Position numbers and translations under genes: made by a program. A stretch of 64,000 bases of DNA from Strigamia acuminata. Its lineage: Eukaryota. The notes beneath the pieces were generated by a model. It did not search any database, was not told where the DNA came from, and saw nothing but the letters and a program-made list of their open reading frames with translations. Below are positions 45,672-55,604 of this stretch, piece after piece; within the stretch, counting starts at the first letter, position 1; each line of letters opens with the position of its first letter. Location: positions 7,564,001 through 7,628,000 of the forward strand of contig OX442314.1 in assembly GCA_949358305.1 (NCBI GenBank), written 5' to 3'.

Positions 45672-45689
45672 AACCACCCTCTGCTACCA
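45672..45689 (-). promoter_or_regulatory. Copia-2 PBS, initiator tRNA-Met
   Basis: TGGTAGCAGAGGGTGGTT. Confidence 0.88.
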
Positions 45690-45691
45690 CT

Positions 45692-46174
45692 TGTAGGAGA
45701 GGAGTAGGCGCAGAGTGGTCAATTAGACCGTGTGGAAGCGTGAAACACGCACGAAAAACAAAGTGCGTGGCCGTGATGGCGGGCGCACGTGAATACCGCT
45801 AATGGCAGGTCAAATACAAGCTGCCGCACGTGGAAAACGTGCTTATTTGCAGCAAAAGACTACTACACAATGTAAAAATAATAAATGTTTACTTTAAAAT
45901 AATACAACTTACAAATTGAGACCATTTTGGTGTGGAAAACATGGTTATGCTTGCACAGCCTGCAAGCAGCCATCTTGGACTAAGGAAAATATACAATGAC
46001 ACCATCTGGTGTTAGGAATTATCAACTTGATACAATTGAGCTGTGGGCAGCATTATACCCAATGATAAATAATTATATAAAGACAAAATAAATACAAAAA
46101 GCTGCTCAGTGCAGATAAACACTAGGAAATATCCGTAATGAGTACGGAAGACTATTTGGCATTGGAAAACAACA
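45692..46174 (-). repeat. Copia-2 5' LTR
   Basis: Adjacent to the PBS; followed by TSD GCTCA. Confidence 0.95.
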
Positions 46175-46179
46175 GCTCA

Positions 46180-48652
46180 CACTGCTGACCCGGAAAGGCG
46201 TACAGTTCGCATTGACACCCGCCCATTACGCCGCCATTGAACACGTACGAACCGAGCTTCTCCGCTGTATTCCGCTGGCGCACTTTCGAAACGACTGCGA
46301 GACGATCCTTAGCGTCGACGCATCTTACGATGGCCTCGGCGCATGTTTGCAGCAGATCCACGGCGGCAATGTTGTTACGATCGCATTCGCGAGTCGGTCG
46401 ATTCCGAAATCGTACGAGTCGGCGCACTCAAACGAACTGGAATGTTTAGCGGTGCACTGGGCTGTGACGGAGAAGTTCCGCTTCTACCTCTCCCCACTCG
46501 TCGGGTTCACCGTGATCACGGATAATTGGGCCGTCGCCCATCTCACCACGAAAAAAGACATTAATCGGAAGTACGCTTGTTGGATTCTCGACTTACAAGA
46601 ATTCTCGTTTACCGTCAAACATAAAGAAGGTACTAAGAACACGATTCCCGACGCGCTCTCTCGTATTACCGAGAACTTCGACGAGGCATGCGCAACACGG
46701 ACGGTGCTCGCTGTCGTGGTCGCCCGCGATCATCGCCTCATCTCCGAACAGCAAAACGACGCGTTCTGCAGCGAAGCCAGGGCCGACGTTTCTACTTTTA
46801 CCGAGTTCGGGGGAGTTCTGTGTAGACGTTTTGGCGACGAGGGAAAATCGCACTGGAAAGTCGTGGTTCCGGCAAAGCTTTCCGAGAAATTAATTACAGC
46901 CGCGCACGTCGAGGGATCCACTCTGACGCAAGGAAGACGTTATCTCGCCTTCAACGAAAACACTGGTGGCCTCGTATGGCACTTCAAACCGAGGAAGTGG
47001 TGAAAACGTGCCGCCATTGACTGACGCATAATCGGCTTACCTGCAAGCCCCCCGGTTTACTCGCTCCTCGCCAAGTTCCTTCCAAACCATTCCAAGTTAT
47101 CGCGATGGATCACGCCGGACCGTACCGCCCACACGCGCGGTTCACACACATTTTGGTATTCGTCGACCTCGCCACTCGTTTTGTCGTCGCAACTCCAGTT
47201 AAGGACACGAAGGCCTCGACAACAATCGCTGCGTTGAGAAGAGAAGTCGTCAAGCGTTTTGGCCCGCCCCGCGAAATTATTTCCGATGCATTTTCGAGTT
47301 TCGTTTCTACCGAAATGGCCGGATTCTGCAGCGAGTTCCACATCAATTTGGTGACTTCCCCGCCGGGACTCTATAATATGCGCGATATTCTTATCAGCGA
47401 CGTCGCGGTTATGAATATCACGTCCATTCATAAACGCGAATTCGCGGATAAGAATAGTTGTGGTATTCACAACCGCGACACTATGAGATCAACTAATTCA
47501 AAACCGCAACGTCGCGGGTGTGAATAGCACGTCCATTCATAACCGCGAATTCGCGGATAAGAATAGTAATAGTATTCTCAACTGCGACAGCAGTTGTAAA
47601 TATTGGGTTTTTTTTATTAATTTTTTTGGATGCTTTTTAATGAATATTTAAACAGCTTAAACAAGCATAAAAAGCACTTTTAGATGTCCAAAAGCCTTCC
47701 AGTTTGTTTTAATCTCGTCTATAATATTAATATGTGAAAAATCGGTTTAAAATATAATCTAGTTAATATTTAAAAAAAAAACAATAATAATCCCATCTTC
47801 TAACTAGTCCAAAGAAGCCTAAGGAACATCGTCAAAAAAGTATTAATAAAGTCTAAATAAATCACATGTGTACTTTTAAATAGCTGCAGGTATACGCTGA
47901 CGTTACGCGGAACGTTACGCCGATGTGTCATAACACACTACAGCCACAGTTGTCGCGGTTATGAATACTTATGCAAGTCGAGGAATGTCGCGGTTACGAA
48001 TATAAAGTCATTCGTAACCGCGATGTCGCGGACATAAACAGCGGTGGTATTCTAAACCGCGAATCATGGATTCGCGGTTTTGAATATCGCGCGCATTATG
48101 GATCACCTCCCCGCCGTACCATCACCAGGCCAACGGATTGGCGGAACGGACCATCCAGTCGATTATCCAGGGCCTCCGCAAGTTCGACTCTAACGAGAGT
48201 AAATGGGTACCGCATCTTGAATCCGTGGTATGGGGTTTAAACACCAACCGGCAATCATCGACGGAGTTTACGCCTTTCGAACTCGTGCACGCGTTCTGTC
48301 CTCCTAGCGAGTCCGACGTTGCCGACATTTTCGAGGACCACGAATCCGACCCACTGTTGCAACTCCTTGAGCGACGCGATGCCGCCCGCGCAAACCTCCA
48401 GGCATCTCAAGTTCGTCAGAAATCGCGTTTTGACGAAAATCGCAGGGAGAACGCATTCAGCGTAATGTACTCGAAAGGAAAGCGCGGATCGAAGTTCGAC
48501 AACTTATACTCCGGCCCGTACATCGTCAGCGAGCGACTTGGAGACAATACGGTTACCCTGGACGACGGAAACCGTACCTGGACGGCTCACTGCTCACAAT
48601 TGAAGCCGTTTTTCCCGCAATCAAGGGACGATTGCCCTTCGTTGGGGGGGCG
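46180..48652 (+). pseudogene. pol: Element B RNase H and integrase, frameshifted and split by a MITE
   Basis: VDASYDGLGACL, NELECLAVHWAV, MDHAGP; VTSPP|YHHQANGLAERT is restored after removing 47366-48116; YSGPYIV tail. Confidence 0.88.
47366..48107. mobile_element. Mutator-like non-autonomous element (MITE), 742 bp
   Basis: 9-bp TSD TCCCCGCCG (47357-65, 48108-16), GG...CC termini, imperfect TIR (ATAAT..GCGCGATATTC), many subterminal TCGCGGTTATGAATA-type repeats, AT-rich core. Confidence 0.85.
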
Positions 48653-48842
48653 TGTGACTCCCGGACGGCGGACCCCAACCCCCGTCCAGTGTCCACTCCT
48701 TTACCGTAAGGGGGCGCCCTACGCTTATTTGGGGTTTGCGGATTGGCTCCCGCAAATCTTATTGTAAACGCCATTTTGAATTTTGGAATAAAGTTTAGTC
48801 TTTCAACAACTTTAAACCTTGTTGCATCGCAATTGACTCACA
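48653..48842 (+). repeat. Element B 3' LTR
   Basis: Follows the G7 PPT; matches 15281-15470. Confidence 0.93.
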
Positions 48843-49337
48843 TATGCAAACCCCCCATTGAAGTGAATCTTCAGACTACCGTGGATAAGACCATACCAGT
48901 CACAACTTTACTGGATTAGTTGGATGGATGATCAACAATGAAGCTGGGAATCGAAATCCAATTTGGAGGGCAAGAAAAAAATTACATTAACCAGTGTTAA
49001 ATTCAAATAAAGAAAATACAACAAAATTTACCAATTTTTTTATTATTACTTGTACAAATTCCATCCTCATTTAGAAATCAATTTGTTTCTTACTGTGTAA
49101 AACCCCTGCTATTCCCACCACATTTCATTTCATGTTTATCTGTCAACTGTTAGTGAGGAATATTCGGATATTCTAAATCCCTATTTTATCATTTTGTTTT
49201 TTACAACTGACCAAATTCGGTGTAGTTGACCTTAAAATAACCTTAACATTGTTGTTACCAGTAAAAAAATGATCCACTAGCCTCAGCAGAATGAGTTTTT
49301 TTATTCATTATAGAGTGTTCAGACTACGCACTCGTAT

Positions 49338-49600
49338 TATGCTAATAAAACACTTATGTAGTTAATAAAACACATATGTTGCTAATAAAACACTTATGTA
49401 GTTAATAAAACACATATGTTGCTAATAAAACACTTATGTAGTTAATAAAACACATATGTTGCTAATAAAACACTTATGTAGTTAATAAAACACTTATTTA
49501 GCTAATAAAACACTTATGTTGCTAATAAAACACTTATGTAGATAATGAAACACTTATGTGGCTATTAAAACACTTATGTAGTTAATGAAACACTTATGTA
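49338..49600. repeat. 20-bp minisatellite (g[c/t]taataaaacac[t/a]tatgt[a/t]), about 13 copies
   Basis: Direct reading; the first copies alternate between two variants. Confidence 0.93.
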
Positions 49601-50023
49601 ATGACCGCTTAATGGCCGCTTCTTGAATCGCTCTACATTCACATTTGAATCCATATTTACAATCAAGACAGAAGATCACATTACATTATTCTTAAAGTCA
49701 TCAAATTTGTTGCAATTCTGACGTGAAAACTCGATGAGAATAGAGAGTTTATTTTGAAGTGCAAAAGGTAGGAATATTTACTACACATTCAATTTCTAAA
49801 CAAGTACTTGTTGCAAGTTATGAACAGTAATACCCAGAAGAGGTGTGAGTAACAACAATATTTCACTGCATTGTGATCAAATGCTTTGTGCAAAACTTAG
49901 TGCAACAATTTAATTTTGTAGCATTGTAAACTAGCCTTTAAATTAGCAGCTGTAAACGATTAACAATACACATAAATTTAAATCTAAAATGTGAAAAAGA
50001 TTTAAAATAATCTTGCACATATT

Positions 50024-50498
50024 TTATTTCTTTTTTTGGAACCACATTGAAAAGCTCTTATTCTGATACCAAGTATAAGTGTTTAAAATGCAAATGTAAA
50101 AAGACAGCAAAGACATTCCTAAACCTAATCCTATGATGCTACCGACATCGCTTAACAATTGAGATATCGGATATGCCTCTTGCTCTTCTATACTCTCTAA
50201 GAAAGTGTCAGAGAATTCAATAATCATTAATGTGAAAGAAAAAGTTATTACTTTAAATTCATTGCCATGCAAAACAATTTTGTGAAAAGTATTTTCGCAA
50301 GGCAATCTACATTTGCACTGTTTTTGATTTGAGTCAAAATTCTTTAAATACATTAGATGAGCGGTAGTAATTTCTGTTGTTGTGTTACACACTGGCAAGT
50401 CCGGTCTCCAGAAATAAGGTAATCTGAAACATTTACAAACAACTGTAGTATGTGACTTAACTGAAACAGTGAGATATTTTTTGAACAACTGGTATACT
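50024..50498 (-). pseudogene. C-terminal part of a DEG/ENaC (pickpocket/ASIC-like) channel gene, cut by element F
   Basis: CKCRLPCE cysteine-rich motif, then YPISQLLSDVGSIIGLGLGMSLLSF (pre-TM2/TM2 with GxS filter). The open frame runs up to the LTR edge. Confidence 0.8.
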
Positions 50499-52232
50499 TG
50501 TGATGATTACAAATCTGTATTTATCAATGTTCACAATAGATGGCGCTGTTTACCAAACGCGCGTAATTCAAACTCGATAAAACTAAAAAGTGTGATAAAT
50601 AATTATTTAGACACGGTGAATAAAATATAACTATTTTATTCGACATAAACTAAGTATTAATTACTTGATGATGTTGATTCTGTTGAATCAATATCCACGC
50701 TCCTGTCGAAGGGAACCAACTGGACCCTTCCGGACCCCAACTGGGCCCATCTGGACATAGTCATATATTAGGTCCGGACTAGTGACCCACGAATCCGCCG
50801 ATTCGTATGCTGATTGGCTGTCGCCAATCTAGTAGTTCTACAGAACTATATAAGCATCAGTTTTCACCCAGTAATCCCCCTGGCTTGATAACTGTAAATG
50901 TCTGTAATTGAATTGTTGTTATCGTTTGATTTCACTTTCTTATCGACACATCAGGCCACCTCAGCTCTCCACAATCGGTATTCATTACTATTGTTATTGT
51001 TGTTGTAGGGCCTTTTCGGGAAGGCTAACTCCGGTAATAGACATGTTTCACACATGAAATGGCCCCGTAACGTTAGCCAGCTGTTCTACGGGACAGTAGG
51101 ATTTCGTACGGTGGCTTAATATAACGGTCGTATACAGTACGACTTTGCTAAATGAAAGTAGGTCCCTCAGCTAACTGGCCTCAGTCCGCTGTAGGATGGC
51201 TGTTGTAAACAGCCCTCGCAGGTTCCCGTCTTTCTACGATTGGTCCTTCCGCTCGTTAAAAGTCGGTAAAGGCCTAATGCACAGGTGACACGCCGGGTTG
51301 GTAGCCCGTGAGTAATATCTTCAAGATGTTGCGATAAACAACTACCTGGATAATGGTAATCCAACGGCAGTGGCCAAGTAATATTTTACCCGGTGCTCGA
51401 TCAGTGGATCCCGTCATCGTAAGGCATGCTGGCGGATGGAGGAGTCAAATCCTCCCGCGATGGTTCTCTCGACCGTCGTGACGGTCCCCGCCCCATTGTA
51501 CCCTCCGGGTTAGTAACCCGTGAATGATATATAAAATATATCGTGTTAAACAAATTACTCGGGCATTGGTAATCCTGTATTGGCAATATCTTTTAAACCC
51601 GGTAAGTCCATAGAAATGTTTACCTGGTGGTTGGTACCACCGATAGCGAGTTAAAGCACACAATTAAATACTCGGCGCCTGATCACGAGATCTTGTGACG
51701 TAAGGCATGCTGGCGGATGGAGTCTCAACAACTCCCGCGACGTTCTCTCAATTGTCGTGACGGTCCCCGCCCAATTAATATTTATACAACAATTCATTTG
51801 TTGTATTCCACTAATTACTTTACTTTTATTCATTTGGAACATGGACTATTCTGCTGAATATTCCTACTTATGCGAAGGACTCTTCGCATTATTAGATACT
51901 CGAGCTGCGGACCAAATACGTCTCCGTAGCGATATTTGTGACGATGCCGCAAGTCAGCCGTATCCCTCTGGCTTCGCCCGGATCCTCAACCAGTTGATGC
52001 CGCCCGTTTACACGCGTCAAGAACCCATCTTTGTTATTGTTAATATTTAGTAATAAATATGTTATGTCACACTAAAACTGTAAGTTATTTCTATTCGATC
52101 ACGTGCCATGTTTGTAAAGACTTCCGTAGCTTATCTCGGTTAGGTTGTTGCTAAACTTAGCAACGTCTTGTATAAACCGAATTATCTATCTCAAAAGGAC
52201 TAATAAATTAGCCCAAAAGTAGAATCGTCACA
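50499..52232 (+). repeat. Element F 5' LTR (1734 bp)
   Basis: TGTGATGAT...ATCGTCACA termini, TATATAA at about 50846; repeated from 63079. Confidence 0.93.
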
Positions 52233-52234
52233 AG

Positions 52235-52252
52235 TGGAGGTTCTACCGAGAT
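52235..52252 (+). promoter_or_regulatory. Element F PBS, tRNA-Gln
   Basis: TGGAGGTTCTACCGAGAT. Confidence 0.85.
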
Positions 52253-53335
52253 AGGCTGCCAAATTTTAAATAAAATTTGAAGTTTTGTATGTCTGTGGTG
52301 AGTTCGAGTAGTGTAACGTTTATGGTGATTTTTGTGTGTAAAAAATAAATTTCGCTTGAGATTTATAAGTGTCTAATATATTTTATTTTTCATCTTAAGG
52401 CTTGTTGTAAAGATAATAAGTGTCACTCACTTTATTCTGTTTTCTCCGCAGTGGAAAATAATAATTTCTACCGCGTGGTCAGGCCTAAAGGCCTAACCTC
52501 GAGAACGGAAAAATCTTGCCCGAGCTTGTTAAGGTTGGTCCCGCCCGGGTAGCGTCATTTTGTCGTCGACAATGTGACAAAACCACGCGGTTGGGCCTAA
52601 TTTTGAAAAAGTTCGACTTTGACGGAATTCTTAAAGAATTCTATCAATTTAACAGTTGCCTTATTTTTTAGAATGTCTAAATAAGTAATTTTGCTTGAGA
52701 CTTCAAGTTAAACCTAAATTTATTTGTCTAAATAAATAGAAAGAAAAATTAACATTTTTCCGAGAATTAAAATTTATATTTTATTTCAAAATGGTTTACC
52801 TTATTTTACAAATGTAGTCTACATTAAAATGTTGGATTAAAATCATGATTTCAAGACCTTGGAATCGAATTTTACGAATGGAATACCATTCGGATTTTGG
52901 CGAAGAAATTCTCACTGTCGTGTTGCCTAGCAACCAAGTTGTGCAGAGAAGCGTCGATTCAAACGATTCGACGTGCTTTATCAAAATTGCGGGTTTTAAT
53001 ACTTTAAAATTCTCATAGAATGGTCATTTTTATTAAATAAATTTGGCAATGTTTAGAATACTTTAAAAAGTATCCATATTGTTTTGCGACTACGTCATAA
53101 CCCTGAAATCTGACCAGATTAAGGTTCCACAAACTTAGTGATTTCCACCAATCTCGGATGAGATTGGACTCTCGCGAGACTAGCGTTGAGGCTTGACCAA
53201 TCATAGAGGTGTCTTGAAGTACCCATACTTCCTTTCGAATAGTGTGACCACTGCTTCGTTTGCGACCCTCCTGAACGTTTGCAACTTCATCGTTATCTCT
53301 CAGACTTAGGGAATTTTCTTAGTTTAAGTTTAGTT

Positions 53336-55573
53336 ATGACTAGTAACCAGCATCACATGAACACCCGCGGTAAGGAAAGAACTTGTTTGACCGGTGGAAT
53401 GAATCTATCCGGGTTTGTACCTGTTACTAATGGAATGGAAGAAGTGGGAAACCACGCGGTCCACAATGGCGTTTCAAATGAAACAGCCGGACCATCTGGT
53501 GAAAATAGGATTCCACGTGAACCTACTCCGCCTGGAGAAGAGGAATGTATTCCTGAAGGTTCTCATTTAGGCTGAGGCGGTCTACTATTTTGTCAGGATC
53601 ATGGTTTGAACCCAAACCAATTTAGATCTTTGACCGAAGTATTAGATTTTGTGCACGCGCGTCGTGCTACGTCGGAGCAACCTAATTCCCCAGCCAGCCA
53701 AAGATTAAATAATTTTAGTCCCACTCCTTCGACGCCTATTTCTAGATATAGAAATAAAACTACACAACCTACACGCCAAAATCAAGCGAATTTGACACCA
53801 GGAGATTTTAATCGTGCTTTCCAACAACGATTAGGAGCGAATAACTACGCTCGCAACCAACAAAGGGGATTTACTAATCCCGGAAACTTTGAGAATACGT
53901 TCAACAGAGCGAATATGGGTCCACCTAATATGGCCAACCCCGTTCCAAGCTTCCCCAATGGATCAACTAGCTGTCCGAATCTCGCTGGAAATTTGAATCC
54001 AAATTTAAATGCGACAAGAGGTCCAAACAATCGTTTCGACTCAAACTTTAGATTTGCAAACAATTCTAATCCAGCACCTAACATGCAAAAGGGTCACTCA
54101 GTTCCTCCGAACTCAAATAACCCAATTGATACGAATGATTTAAATAATCCTTCTAATCCTGAAATGCAAGGAGATTCCAATAATTATTTGAATCAGGGGA
54201 CTCCAGGTAATTCGAACTACCGTCCGAATTTTGGTGGTCTAGGAAATTCGAACAACCGTCCGAATTTTAACAATCGGGGTAATTCTAATAATCATTCGAA
54301 TTATGGGAACCAAGGTAATCCGAACTTTGGTAACCACAGTAAACCAAATCAGGGAGGGTTGAATAATTTCAACCCTAATAATGGTGGCTCAAGTCAAAAT
54401 AACTCGAGCCAATCAAACACTGGTGGATCGTCAAATGACCATTCGCGTCCTCCAAGTAGCTTTGGAATGACGGCTGATGACCTCGCGTCAATTGCCACGA
54501 CCATGCACACTTTGATGCAAGCAGGAAAAAGTTCCGCCATTGTTCCTCAAACTAACTGTTTGAAGCCCCCAGATAATCCTGTATTCTCCGGAAAGGCAGA
54601 TGAAAGCGAACGCTTTCTCACAATTGTAAAAAATGTCGCTTTCTTACGAAACATGTCACTCGATGACATGCTTATTAAAGGCGTTGCTGGTTATCTAACC
54701 GAGCAAGCGCATGGTTGGTTCCATGAAAGGAGAGGAGATTTCACATCTTGGGATATATTTGAACAAGCGTTCAAAGAGAGGTTTGTAGCCACTCGACAAG
54801 AGCGGACGAACCAACTGACCAAGTTGAGACAACTGGAAACAGAAAGTCTTTACGACTTTATGCACAAATATTACCAGTTATGGATATTACAAGACAACCT
54901 CGACGCGAAAGGGGCTGGAAGTCTTTTTATCGGGAGTGTAACTCCTGCTAACGATTTACTTTTGCATATGCAAGGCCTAGCGGACTTACCTCTAACAGAG
55001 ATTTATAACGCTGTAACAAAAAGCAAAAGCTTGTACAGTCGTACAGCTAATGGAGTAAAAGAAATTAATTCCAATCCAGTTGTTTTCCCACCGCGGAAAA
55101 CTGATAATCGTCCTCAACCGAAGACGAATGCTAAATCACTAACTTTGGATTCACAAGAACAACTTAATTTTTGTGATGAAGAGTTACCCGAGGAATGTGA
55201 AGCCGTTTATCTAATAAATGGGGTAGTAGATCAGACCAGACGTGGTCAATTAGTCTGCTATAACTGTAAACAGCCTGGACATATGCGTCGGGAATGTACA
55301 AATCCAAAACCACGTACAAATTTCAACTCTGAAGAGTTACAAAAACGTGGTACTCCGGATTCCCCGACTGTGGATCCGACTTCTAAACGGCCTAATAATA
55401 GGTGGATAACTCAAGAAGTGTTGGATGCAACACTAGATGCTAAACTTGATGCGAAATTAAATACTTTTGAAAATAAGTTACAAACTTCGCTGACCAACTC
55501 GTTGGCAGAAATGGTCAAAACTTTGATCAAGCCCGAATCGACAGATTCAAGTGCTATTAGTTCAAAAAACTAG
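53336..55573 (+). CDS. gag: Element F Gag (Asn/Gly-rich) with one in-frame TGA at 53573-53575
   Basis: ORFs 53279-53575 and 53606-55573 share a frame. LTEQAHGWF, SWDIFEQAF, CYNCKQPGHMRREC; homologous to A gag. Confidence 0.88.
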
Positions 55574-55604
55574 ATCCGGGGGACGAAGGTTTATTCCATC
55601 CCCC
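55564..55604 (+). promoter_or_regulatory. -1 frameshift signal, element F
   Basis: A AAA AAC just before the gag TAG, then a GGGGGA...TCCCCC hairpin. Pol is in the -1 frame. Confidence 0.8.

Larger units (their letters stand above)
39320..46174 (-). mobile_element. Copia-2: Ty1/Copia element with an intact ORF and MBD-like domain
   Basis: 483-bp LTRs (39320-39802, 45692-46174; about 4 differences), 5-bp TSD GCTCA, iMet PBS, PPT. Confidence 0.96.
15281..48842 (+). mobile_element. Element B: CpG-rich Ty3/Gypsy element with 190-bp LTRs, interrupted by four nested insertions
   Basis: LTRs 15281-15470 and 48653-48842, PBS TGGCGCAGT, poly-G PPT 48644-48650. The reading frame rejoins across each insertion once one TSD copy is removed. 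Confidence 0.9.

Noticed and set aside
49338..49600. CRISPR-like appearance of the 20-bp repeats (also 17961-18076)
   Set aside because: The units are head-to-tail with no unique spacers, there are no cas genes, and the context is eukaryotic. These are minisatellites.
51270..51376. Possible twister or hammerhead ribozyme in the F LTR (GGCC-TAA-TGC...GCAGTGGCC; TGA-stem-GA junction)
   Set aside because: The required cores are incomplete: there is no CUGANGA/GAAA pair and no twister L4 loop or pseudoknot partners. Kept only as generic structure.
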